Source: Schmidtea polychroa (Eukaryota). From it: DNA of 64,000 nt. The notes below the pieces were generated by a model. The model saw only the letters and a list, made by a program, of their open reading frames with translations. It ran no database searches and was not told the origin of the DNA. The position numbers were made by a program, and so were the translations under genes. This document shows, one piece after another, positions 39,775 through 50,668 of this stretch (position 1 is its first letter; each line of letters opens with the position of its first letter). The DNA lies in the NCBI GenBank assembly GCA_044892525.1, contig CM097885.1:434001-498000 (forward strand). The letters run 5' to 3'.

Positions 39775-42700
39775 ATCAAATTTTATTTTATGCAATTAAC
39801 GGGGCACATGGCCAAGAAGGGGAGATGTAATCTGCAGCTTTTAGTTCAATAGACTGGATGTTAGAGTGTAATACTCCTACATCAAAACGTGGTTTTTCCT
39901 GAAAACTTCAGTCCGGTTTGGAGTCTGGGATCCATTCTGAAGCTCCTGGCATTGGCTCATTCACATTTACAGGTAATCATCATTGAGCAGAGTAGGGATA
40001 ATCATGGCTAATCACAGACTTGATCAACCATGGCTCGTATAGATGCATCTGGCATTCATTCATTCAGGTTAGTTTATTAGGAGAGGCAGTTAAGGCTTCT
40101 GTCTGATTAGTTTATATGCAATTATGAACACTAAAAATTAATTTAATAGATCGGAGTAAGAAGACTCTATTTGTGATTTTTGTAGCGATCAAATATTATA
40201 AATTATATTATATTAAGGATTGAAAGGATGGGTCCAAGGAAGAGGAGGTTTTTAAAGAATAGGTGGTCCGGTGAGTATATGGTTATTGTTGCTATCCCAG
40301 GATCCTAGAGTACCGATTACTAGGGCTGAGATAGTAGTTTTAGTTTTATAGTATTTTTCAATATCTATGGCCAGGTACGTGTATTTAATATAGTTATTCT
40401 TAACTGCATTTTTAAAATTTTCTTTTTGTTCATACGGGACTTTTATATACAGTAGATGAATGTTTTTATTTTATTAGAAGATATGGTTTAAGAGTTGAAT
40501 TTACTCCATGAGGTGAAATTTCGATATCTAGGTGAAAGTTGAAATAAGAGAGACATTCGCAGACCGCTTCGAGGACACGGGAGTGTTTATTTCTGCGCGC
40601 ATTAATTTTCGCAGGGCAATGGTTGAATATGTGGGCCTGTGTTTCGGGGTCTGAGTTGCATTGCCTACAGAGGATAGATTTTCTACATTTAAGTCGATGA
40701 GGTGTGAAATTTCAGCAGGTTGTTGCGAGCCCTAACAAGGAAGAAGTATTGGGCGTCGTTAAGTATATCAGATTTGAGGAGGAAGTCAGCAATGCTGCTA
40801 TCAGTGATGGATTTGGCAATATAACCCTGATATGTTAGGATCGTCCATTTTTCTGCGTGTATAAAGCCTATGATGCAGTGCAGTTCAGAGGAGATGTCCT
40901 TCATGTTATGTTCATTAAAGTAATTAATTTCAAGTTGGTATTGGTCTTCCATAAGCGCGATTTTTGCGTGTATGCCATATTTCCTACGAAGCAGATCGAA
41001 AGATTTTTTGAATTTCGAAAAGATAGAATGAGTTGGAAAGGCTTTAGAGATGTTACCATTAATCCAGGACATTACCTTGGCCACGTGCTAAAGCAAGTTC
41101 TGAGAGGATAAGATTACGAAAGGCTTTGTATGATATATTCGACTATTGCAGCGGTAAGTCCGAGTCCGCCCATTTTTATAGAGGCGTATAGGAAGTTATT
41201 GTTAAATTGCAAGAGTTTATCCCCCAAAGAGGTTTTTATCATTTTTCTTATCTTATTGTCAAAACCTTTTTGGGGGACACAGTCTTTTATGATGGTATCT
41301 TTAAGAGTATCTAGTATATTATGGAGAATTTCACAATTACGGAAGAGAAAGATCAATCGGGAATGTATGAATATTTGAAGGCATTAATCTTCTGAGATGG
41401 GTGAAGATGTGAGTTTAGGATTTTTTCGGTATCGTTAATAGCGAATTCAAGTCTTTCATCAATATTGTGTCTTTTCTTATAAGCAAAGTCTACTCCTAGA
41501 TATCATCTACTTTTGGAATGGTCTCATTATATAGTTTAATTGGTTGGTGGTTATTACTGTCATTTAAGTGGAAATAACCAGATTTCGAGGGTTTAAATTT
41601 TAGATATATTTTGAATATTTTGAATATTTTGAATAACCAGATTTCGAGGGTTTAAATTTTAGATTGGCTAGTGAGGCAAGACGGATAGTTTCAAGGAGAG
41701 CAGAGGTGATTGATAGGTAAGAGTCTGAGATCAATACGATGTCATCCGCGTATGCTAGGATACCAATATTCATATCACCAAATATGAAGGGGTGAGAGAT
41801 TAGGATATTTTTATTAATATAGTCGATAGAGAGGCAGAAAAGAGTCATGGAGAGTGGACATCCTTGTTTCACTCCTTTTAGGATGGGAATTGAGGGCGAT
41901 TTTTCTCCTTCGCAGTCGAAGATTGTTTATCAGCCCAATGGTGTTAGGGTGTAACCCTATTGTAGAAAGAGTATGCCAGATGAGGTCGTGTGGTAGAGAG
42001 CCGAAGGCATCAGTGATATCCAGCCAGACAATATGAAGGTCGGATTTGTTTCGTATGGAGGCATCCTTAATGAGTTGAAGGATAAGATTATGTTCAGCGC
42101 ATCCATCGGGGGTGCCGATTGCTTTCTGATTATGAAGTTATTAAGAAGTGAAGTATTCATGATGGAGATCGGTCTCCATGAGCTGGCCTCGTGGCTTATC
42201 TCATTCTTACCGGCTTTGAGGATGAGTTTTGTCCTGAAGGTTTTCCAAGTAGATGGGCAGAGGGAGTTCCTTTGGATGTTATTACATATAGAGAGAAGAA
42301 GTTCGAAATCTGGTGATATCTTTTTCCAATTGGCAAGTGTGATAAGATCTAAGCCTGGAGCGGTATTGTCAAGATTGGAGAAAATGTATTTGATCTCATC
42401 AGTATCAAATGGAGTAGGGGAGTAATTTTCTGGGAAGGAGCAAAGGAGGTTAATAGAAAGCGGATTTGAGGTGACTAATTCCCCTGCAAACAGTTTGAGA
42501 ATATTGGTCATAGTGGGTTTTTGAAAATTACATTCGTTTTTCAAGATCTTAGATATCTCCTCCTTTGGGTCAAATTTGTATCTGTTCCTTTTAATAACTA
42601 ATAATTCGTTGTCTAGTTTTTTTCTCTTATGAATGATGTCAGCCGGTTTTTTATTATTGTATTTTAAGGCATTAATATTAACACGAGAAAAATTTTTTCG

Positions 42701-43600
42701 AGAAAGACTGTGGTAAAAAGAATGATATTTAAACAAAGAAAAATCTTTGTATAAAATCGATAATTTATTCAGGTTAATAAAGTTAGAAATATTTATAATG
42801 ATAATATTAACTAACTCACTAGAAAATCCATTAAAAGGGACTTCTGTAGAGTTTTTAAAATCCATAATTATTTTTTTAATAATATATTTAATTTTATTTT
42901 TAATAAATTTATCGTATTTATTATTATTTTGGTTATTGTAATAATTATTTGTGTTTTCATTTAAATTATCATTATCAAAAGTATATTTGCCAGTAGATTT
43001 ATTATTTAAATTATAATTACTTAATTCACAATTATCGTTATAAGTAGATTTATAATTGTTATTAATCAGGTCAGAGTTTTTATCATTTAGGTTATAATTA
43101 CCATAACTTAATTCGCAGTTTTTAATATTTAAATTATAATTACTGTTATTTAATTTACAATTAGAATTATTTAATTTATAATCATTATAGAAATTTTGAT
43201 CATTTAAATTAAAAATCATTAAATTATTATTTAGGATTATTATTTATTTTTATTATTTAGGATGTGAATCCTACGAGCAGGGCAAAAGGCTTTCCACGAG
43301 GTAGTAAATAAGTCATTGGATGTTGCGTCTGGAGTCTTTGCTCCGCTGTAAGAAGGTCTGGCAGGATGGCATATGAATCTCATTGGCATTTGGTGTCATA
43401 AGTCTTGTCGGTTTAGGTTTAGAAAAGCTTCTTCTTTGTCTGTCTGAAGGAGCAGTAGCAGATTTATGGAGTCCGGTTTCATTAGTTCTAGAAGGGAGAT
43501 TAGAGTGTGTTAAATATAGGTTTTTCTCATGGTTATCTCCCGGATTGGAGCTTCTTCCATCTATAATCGTATCATTGATCTTGGAATCATCGGCCGATTT
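39775..43600 (-). mobile_element. Family B copy 2 (large internal deletion; RT, CCHC, RLE remnants and 3'UTR)
   Basis: APGLDLIT, SWRPISI, KQGCPLS, AYADD, GGLGL, CRQCNSDPETQAHIFNHC, IVIGTLGSW. Ends aataaaatttgat at ~39775. Confidence 0.85.
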
Positions 43601-43739
43601 ATCAAAATTTTATTTAAGTAAAGCCTGCCTCCGAAGAGACAGGTTGGTCCTTTTTACGGGACGAGTTTCGGCCAGCAGCCAAAGCTAAACAACCGAATTT
43701 TTTTATAGTTTCCCGTCCAAGGCTGATTTCCTCCTGATT

Positions 43740-44108
43740 TCGTAGGTTTCTTTTTCGTAGGTTTCTTTTTCATAGGTTTTTTTTTCGTAATTATTAGGTT
43801 TATTAGGCATTTCTTTTTTGTAGGTTTCTTTTTCATAGGTTTCTTATTCGTAGGTTTCTTATTCGTAGGTTTCTTATTCGTAGGTTGCTTATTCTTAGGT
43901 TTCTTTATCGTAGGTTTCTCTATCGTAGGTTTCTTTATCGTAGGTTTCTTATTCGTAAGTTTCTTTCTTAGGTAGTTTCTTTTTCGTAATTATTAGGTTT
44001 ATTAGGCATTTCTTTTTTGTAGGTTTCTTTTTCATAGGTTTCTTATTCGTAGGTTTCTTATTTGTAGGTTTCTTATTTGTAGGTTTCTTTATCGTAGGTT
44101 TTTTTTTC
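43740..44108. repeat. 15-bp minisatellite (ttcgtaggtttcttN), possibly one arm of a MULE-type non-autonomous element inserted in the 3'UTR
   Basis: About 20 tandem units with a duplicated internal block. No partner TIR was seen. Confidence 0.75.
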
Positions 44109-44643
44109 CATACAATAAAAGTTCTCAACACAAACACAGTAAGACAAGCCAATAAAAAGTGGTAATAAGTAAAATATCATCACAAACTAATAAAAAGTGG
44201 TAAAAAAGTAAAATGCCATCACGATACTCATAAATCAAAACAGGCCATCACAAGGCTAAAAAAGTTCGTACGATAAATATAAAAAAGATCACAGCAGACG
44301 CCAACATACGATCATAATAAACAAGAGAAGATCACAATCTCCAAAAAAGAGGGCCTCAATACGGCTCATAGAAGCAAATTAAGTCATTACAAGGCTATCA
44401 GAGGGAAAAGGTCCAATGAACGCTATCATCAAATTTTTATCATTATGTGATATGATTCCAAAATATTAAATGAAAACCAAGTTATTATAGTATAGATATA
44501 TTATAGTACATTATAGTATAGATAAAGCAGTCAATGTATAAATATATTCTAATTTACATATTAAATATTAGGGCAGTATTAAAACCTTATGGTGTAATAT
44601 GGTACAGTATAAATACATTACAGAATAAGTATAGTAAATAATA

Positions 44644-45588
44644 TTAGTTATCAATTAATGTGTTTAAAATGTGGTCCATATAGATATTGTAGCTCGCTGT
44701 GATCGCTGTTATAATGCATTTCCTAGCTAATATGTTAATTTCCCTATCAGTCAATCCTATATCTCTTAAGGGTTTATCATTGTTGATATCCCAGGTTCCT
44801 AAAGTTCCTACAACAAGTGCATATAGTGTAGTTTTATTTGCAGTGCCAGTTTCAATAGCCAAATTTCTATATTTCTCAAAATTGTTATCTCTAGCGTTAT
44901 TAAAATTTTCTATTGTGTCATACGGTACCTTAATGTCAAGTAGGTGTATTTTTTTGTTTCTATTTGAGGTTATAATTAAGTCAGGTCTTAGTGTAGTTAT
45001 TGTTCCTGGTGGTGCTCTTTCTGTGTCGACTTTAAAGTTTTTGGAAGTTAGATATTTATGCGTTATTTCTAATACTCTATTGTGCTTATTTCTCCTAGCA
45101 TTTTGTGTTTTGGTGCAGTGGTTGAAAATATGTGCCTGCGTTTCCCAGTCTTTGCTGCATAATCTGCAGAGTATGTTTTGGTTCTCTTTGTGCCTATTTA
45201 TTGTATAATTAAGACTGAGCATGTTATTGCGTGCTTTAATTATGAAGTAATATTGATTGTCGGTAAGAACAGTTGATTTTATTGGGTATGCAGATAAGTT
45301 ATTGTTTCCTATTGTTTTTGATATGTGTCCCTGGTTGATCATGTCATACCATTTTTCAGCATACCATCTACTTGTTATATTATGTAATGTTGAGGATGTG
45401 TCTTCTATGTTATTCTTATCTATATAATTAATCTCATTGTTGTATTTTATTTCTAGGTTAAAAAAGCCTTTAATAAGTATTATTTTGCATTGAATATTGA
45501 ATTTTTCGCGGATTCTCTTATATGATTCCCTACAAGATTTACCACTTATGTCCCCCCTTACAGTCTGCATTAAGCCAGTCGAGGGCAT
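44644..45588 (-). pseudogene. CCHC zinc knuckle plus restriction-like (PD..D-x-K) endonuclease domain, frameshifted from RT
   Basis: CRLCSKDWETQAHIFNHC, RNKHNRV, LRPDLII, LLDIKVPYD, KYRNL, VVGTLGTW. Confidence 0.92.
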
Positions 45589-47812
45589 TATTAATGTTGA
45601 TTTCCTTATTAAATGACCTGATTTTGACTATCTCTATAAGTTCACTTAATAGAAAATTTTTCATCTTAATGTCGTCAGAGTTAAATATTCTAATAAATTG
45701 AGTGATACTTTGGATTAGGTATTCATCAATGGATGGTGTGATACCTAATCCTCCTAAAGAGCAGTTCGCATAAATAAAGCTATTATTAAGATTTTGGTGT
45801 ATGTCCTTTAGTTCATTTTTAATTATTCGTTTAATTTTTTGGTCATAGCCTAGTTGTTTATCTCTATTTTGTACTATTTTATTCCTATTGCAGTCTAGTA
45901 TCATATGATTGATTGTGCATGTTCGCAAAGGAAAAATAAATCGGGAGTGTATAAAAGTTTTATATGCATGTAGTTTCTGTGCTGGATGTAGGTCAGAGGT
46001 AAAGATCATATTTGCGTCTTCTAGTGCCTTAGATAAAATGTCGTCAATGCTGTGTTTTCCTTTTTCACCAAAACCTACGCCTAGGTATCTATAAATTTTA
46101 TCGCTATCTATAATCGGGATCTTTTCATCGTATATTGTTATTGGGATATCAGAATGATTTTTTTGTAGTTGGAAATATCCGCATTGGTTTGGTCTGAATT
46201 TTAGCTTAGATCTATCGGTTAATTTGATTATATGTTCTAGTATCATCTTAATGTTATCCCTGGAGTCTGATATTAGAACAATATCATCAGCATACGCCAA
46301 TATGCTGACATTATATTCACTAATTATTAAAGGGAATTTATTTAATATATCCTTAAGTATGAAATCTATTGCCAGACAAAAAAGTGTCATGGACATTGGG
46401 CATCCTTGCTTAACTCCGTTATGTATTTCTATTTCGCTAGTGAGCTGCCCTTCACAGTCATATTGTGTTTTACAGTTGTTATATAGGTCTTTAAATACGT
46501 TTAATGTGTTGTTGTTAATACCTAGATCTATCAATGTTTGCCAAATTAGTTTATGTGGGATGCTTCCAAAGGCGTCCGCTAAGTCAAGCCATATGATGTT
46601 AATATCTTTATTATTGCGAATTGCTCTTTCTTTTACTAGTGTGAGGGTTATATTATGTTCAGAACAACCATCAGGTATACCTATTGCTTTTTGGTTGATA
46701 CTGATGAGGCCCCTTAATTTTACCCATTCAAGAAGTCTATTGTTTATTATAGCTGAAAAGATTCTATAGGATGTATCTAAGATAGCAAGAGGTCTCCATG
46801 AAGATATATCATAGCTTAATTTCTCTTTATGTGGTTTAATTATTAGTTTGGTTTTAAAAAATTTCCAATTATCTGGAGTTTTTATGTTACGGATTAAGTT
46901 ATTGAAAAGGGCGCATAAGAATGTGAGGTCAGGGTCATTTATTCGCAAGTCTCTGTAGGTTATTTTGTCGGTGCCTGGTGCTGAATTTAGGTTTAATTTC
47001 TTAATATTATTATTAATTTCATTGATTGTTATTATCTTATTAGTTAGTTGTTCTATGTCATTGTTATTTTCAATAAGTGGTAAATCTTCAATAATAATTA
47101 AATTTTTTTTTAAATTGTTAGTAATTTTTTTGCTAGCTGGTGGTTGTACTTGGGTAACATTATTAAATATTTTATTAATAGTTATTTTAGGCTTTTCAAT
47201 ATAGTTATTTCTTATTTCATATACAAGATCAGCTTTTTTAATGTTTTTTCTTATATTAATAATAAAATTAGGTTTAGGGTATTTGTTTGGAAAAAGAGCA
47301 TTATGTATCTTAGATATCTCATTTAATCCTAGTGTTGGGGTAATATCATTGTTATCTATTTGTATGGTGAGATTAGTGAGGAAATTTCTATATTTATTAA
47401 TGTTGTCATCAGGTAGTCTGTCAAATAATATTTTACTAATAATTTCTCTTAATTGTGATCTTATTTGGTTTATCGTTGGTATGGTAAAAATTTCTCTATT
47501 GTTATTTAGACAGAGTGCAAAATGGCAAATATAGAAACTGGACTCTTGTATGCTGCAAGTTGGGTATTGTAGTTCAGTTATTGTTATAGATGTTGGAGAT
47601 ATTATATTTTGTAAGTTTAGGATTGTACTTAATATGCTATCGGCAATTAATTTGTGTTTAAGAGTGCTGTGTCCACACGTCGGATCTATCAGAGTAGCTA
47701 TTTTTTTTATTTTGTTGAGGTAAAAAAGTGACCATGTGCTATCCTCAATTTTAATGGGAAAGAAAATTTCGTTCCATTCAGGGTATTGGTGGAAAGGGAA
47801 TGTTTCAAACAA
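45539..47812 (-). CDS. Ulp1-like domain plus complete non-LTR reverse transcriptase (757 aa open)
   Basis: APGTDKIT, SWRPLAI, GCSEHN, WLDLADAFGSIPH, GVKQGCPMS, AYADD, YRYLG, GGLG. Confidence 0.93.
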   Translation of the reverse strand: MFETFPFHQYPEWNEIFFPIKIEDSTWSLFYLNKIKKIATLIDPTCGHSTLKHKLIADSILSTILNLQNIISPTSITITELQYPTCSIQESSFYICHFALCLNNNREIFTIPTINQIRSQLREIISKILFDRLPDDNINKYRNFLTNLTIQIDNNDITPTLGLNEISKIHNALFPNKYPKPNFIINIRKNIKKADLVYEIRNNYIEKPKITINKIFNNVTQVQPPASKKITNNLKKNLIIIEDLPLIENNNDIEQLTNKIITINEINNNIKKLNLNSAPGTDKITYRDLRINDPDLTFLCALFNNLIRNIKTPDNWKFFKTKLIIKPHKEKLSYDISSWRPLAILDTSYRIFSAIINNRLLEWVKLRGLISINQKAIGIPDGCSEHNITLTLVKERAIRNNKDINIIWLDLADAFGSIPHKLIWQTLIDLGINNNTLNVFKDLYNNCKTQYDCEGQLTSEIEIHNGVKQGCPMSMTLFCLAIDFILKDILNKFPLIISEYNVSILAYADDIVLISDSRDNIKMILEHIIKLTDRSKLKFRPNQCGYFQLQKNHSDIPITIYDEKIPIIDSDKIYRYLGVGFGEKGKHSIDDILSKALEDANMIFTSDLHPAQKLHAYKTFIHSRFIFPLRTCTINHMILDCNRNKIVQNRDKQLGYDQKIKRIIKNELKDIHQNLNNSFIYANCSLGGLGITPSIDEYLIQSITQFIRIFNSDDIKMKNFLLSELIEIVKIRSFNKEININNALDWLNADCKGGHKW

Positions 47813-47922
47813 GGTTTTAAATTTTTTTTAATAAGAGCAATGCCTATGAAGCTATTTATTATAATGGTTGTATATTTTTTGACAAAAACAAGTAGGTACA
47901 GTTTAATTGTATGTTGATTTAG

Positions 47923-49407
47923 TCAATCTAAATTTAGGTCAGAGTTTACTAGTGGTATGTCATCAGGAATTATATTGTTATCTTTCTCTACTGGTATGAC
48001 ACCTATGTGCTTATTGAAATGGTCTAGTTTGGTGTGTGTTTCTATTGTCATGCCGCAGTAACACGTAATTTGGTTGGTATTGCATATTTTGGTTTTGTGC
48101 TTTGTTTTAATATGTTTGTCAATCTCATCTTGCGTTGATCTGATGGTAAGTTTGTTTATACATGGTTTTCTTAGTGTTTTATTGTTGCAGTTTATGGTAC
48201 CTTCTTCATTTATTGTCAAGGTATGTTCTTTAAGCTTAATGTTATTCATTTCTCTAGATAAAGGTACCACTAAGTCTTTATGGGTTTGGTTTATGTGTTC
48301 GTTAATAGTATTCAGTAAAAAGTTACATTTAATATTTGTATTTCGTTGTGAGCATAAAACGCAGTGGAAGGTGTCATACTTGTTTATTTCAGTTGTGTGT
48401 ACTTCTAGTCTATGTTTTAATTGGTCTTCTAATCTAGTTGCGCCTATCTTACCTTTACAGTTAGGGTAAAAACATGTTAGATAGCCATCGCTTCTTAATT
48501 TAAAAATTGGTTCTCTTAGTGTGCGTAATGTTACTTTATTGGGCTTTAGAACTGGGGTGTTTATTTTTTCAGTTTCGTTTGTTTCTAGTATTGGTTGGAG
48601 ATCAGTTTTATTTATAATGGGGGTAGCATTAGTACACGTAGTGTTGATGTCATCTTTTGGGGTGGGGATTATTATGTTATTATGTGTTATTGTGGTTGTT
48701 TTTCCTACTATATCTAGGTTATTTACGATTTTAAAAGCTTCGTATGTTTGCGTATTCATGTATGAGGGTTTAGTGTCATAGATATTAGTATTGTTACTTA
48801 TTATGCTTATTTGCATGTTTGTAAGTGTGTTTTCAAAAAGATCTATACTTGAGTCTATTTGTGCTTGAATATTTGTTTTATTAGAGCTAGGGTTGATTGT
48901 GTTCACAAGTGGGCTATATGAGATAGTTTCAGTCGTTGTTTGTAAAAAAGGTTCAGAGGTTATAGAGGGTTCAGAGTCAGAGATTTGGATATCATCAATA
49001 TCCGGCTCAGCAGTTTTCGTTGAGGATTCAGTTTTGTCATAAATTATTTCATTAGGTGGTATAGTAGGTTCCGCGTTGGAAGTAATTTGGTGATTTATGG
49101 CAGTATTCGGGTTATCATAATGGACAAGATCGTCAGGTACTATATCAGAATCAGAGTCGGATGGGTTATTGCAATCAAGATCTACGTTATGATTATGGTA
49201 TGAATCAGGATTACCATTAAGGTCAAGATCAACATTAACTATTTCGGTATCGGACTCGTCGGTGTTATTGCTAATAGAAGGTAAGCAAGATAATTCATTA
49301 GAAAAGTTATAGCATATAAGGTCTTCATTCACATCATCATGATCATCTAAGTCAATTAGGTTAGTTGTTTGGTCATTTAGCGCAATGATATTCCCTAGCT
49401 GGTTCAA
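47923..49407 (-). CDS. ORF1 (acidic low-complexity region plus C2H2-like zinc fingers), ends in TGA-CTA
   Basis: CFYPNC..HRLEVH, CVLC..HINQTH, C..C..HIKTKH, CYC..HFNKH. Confidence 0.78.
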   Translation of the reverse strand: MNQLGNIIALNDQTTNLIDLDDHDDVNEDLICYNFSNELSCLPSISNNTDESDTEIVNVDLDLNGNPDSYHNHNVDLDCNNPSDSDSDIVPDDLVHYDNPNTAINHQITSNAEPTIPPNEIIYDKTESSTKTAEPDIDDIQISDSEPSITSEPFLQTTTETISYSPLVNTINPSSNKTNIQAQIDSSIDLFENTLTNMQISIISNNTNIYDTKPSYMNTQTYEAFKIVNNLDIVGKTTTITHNNIIIPTPKDDINTTCTNATPIINKTDLQPILETNETEKINTPVLKPNKVTLRTLREPIFKLRSDGYLTCFYPNCKGKIGATRLEDQLKHRLEVHTTEINKYDTFHCVLCSQRNTNIKCNFLLNTINEHINQTHKDLVVPLSREMNNIKLKEHTLTINEEGTINCNNKTLRKPCINKLTIRSTQDEIDKHIKTKHKTKICNTNQITCYCGMTIETHTKLDHFNKHIGVIPVEKDNNIIPDDIPLVNSDLNLD

Positions 49408-49939
49408 GGGTCTTTTATTAATATGGTCATATGTCGATGGGATAGATTCAGAAAAATGTGGTCTTCTGGAAGTATTTACATTGTATTTAGGTATGATTTT
49501 TTTGGAGATAGTGCTTATTTCGGTTAGTTGGGTTGGGATTTGAGAGCTTAGTTTAAGGTTCGGTGTAGGATTATTGGTCGTAGTTTGTCTATTCTGATAG
49601 AGAAGGTGTGGAGCGTTATCTAAGTTGGTTTTGTTATGAAGTGCTTCGTATCTATTTTTAGTTTCGGATTTGTTGTTACATTAAAAAAGGGTTTAGTAGT
49701 GCTCGGTTTATCTTTTGGTTTGGGGTTGTTATCAATATACACTTTTTATATATTGGTTTGTCATCATTTGATACTAAATTTGATATGGTGGATTGGTTAG
49801 TGCGAGCTAAAAACTTTTTTCTCGGTTTTGGTATTGGTTTTGTGGCGGGCGTCTGTTGGTGTGGGGATTCTATCGGCGTGGTTGTATTAGGGAGTTGTGG
49901 TAAATCGGTATTTGGTTGTGGCGTTATCGGTTTGTTTAA

Positions 49940-50668
49940 CGGTTTGTTCCACTTTACTAACTGTGCCTTCACGGCTTCGTGCTAGGCCAGTGAGCTAATC
50001 CTCTCATCCCTGCATTCTTCAATTCTTTTAAACCAATCACGTTTCGCAAATAGTATCATCACCGACTGGGATGGTACACACAGCCCCCCCCCCGCCCCCA
50101 TTGTTTACTCTTAATAAATGATGAATATATGTCGTCAGCTGACATTGCAGGGAACTCTTCCCCATCAGCACTTACCGTTTTCTTAGTGACCATCCATTTT
50201 TTCTGCTTATTGTCCGATCATGCTATAATGGAGGCACTCTTACTTGAATTTACACAAAGACCATTTGAGACCAGTTCATTTAAAATTGTTGTTAGCAGTA
50301 GTTCTAAATCCGCTTTGGTTTCACTTACTATAACTAAGTCATCGGCGTACGCCAAAATGGGATAGGTTATTCCTCTCAACTTGTAGCCAATAACAGTTTC
50401 ATATACTTTCTGGATGGCGAGATCAATGATATTGTTGAACAGAGCGGGTGAAAGCGGGTTACCCTGTTTCACTCCTTTGTTTAAAGTTCCCCCAATGCCA
50501 TCGACAGTTGTTGTAGCATTACTATAGCTCTCTTTAACATACCTTTATAGCAATTCGGGATAACCTGCTTGTTTCGCTGCTCTCAAGATACTATCATGAT
50601 TAACAGAATCGAAGGCCTTTTTCATATCGACAAAGGCAATTGCAACATTCTTAAATTTAGTTCGCGCA
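49940..50668 (-). pseudogene. RT fragment of a different RLE clade (R2-like), internally deleted, cut by Polinton 2
   Basis: IAFVDMKKAFDSVNH, GVKQGNPLSPALFN, LAYADDLVI, GLCVNSSKS, GGLCVPS. Confidence 0.8.

Larger units (their letters stand above)
43601..49940 (-). mobile_element. Family C copy 2, most complete NeSL/R5-like element in the window (5'-truncated)
   Basis: Contiguous ORF1, Ulp1-like, RT, CCHC and RLE, then 3'UTR and structured terminus. Confidence 0.92.

Noticed and set aside
43650..43690. Hammerhead ribozyme (CGAAAC-TC-GTC)
   Set aside because: The CUGANGA core is absent in both copies.
43740..44108. CRISPR-like array (also 54410-54830 and 57625-57990)
   Set aside because: Contiguous tandem repeats without unique spacers, no cas genes, and a eukaryotic context.
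47815..47832. Programmed -1 frameshift at A AAT TTA between the TGA and the RT ORF
   Set aside because: The heptamer is correctly phased, but families A and B are in frame here (HNFKTFF), so a copy-specific 1-nt deletion is simpler.
47891..47900. agtaggtaca identical to the start of the element 1 terminus
   Set aside because: A 10-nt match inside conserved coding sequence, with no TIR continuation or TSD.
45539..47925. Alternative genetic code (TGA=Trp)
   Set aside because: The 757-aa RT ORF and the MULE ORF contain many Trp and stay open under the standard code. Only one homologous site has TGA.
44699..48781. Plus-strand ORFs overlapping RT/ORF1 here and throughout the array
   Set aside because: Antisense shadows of the minus-strand genes with no recognisable motifs.
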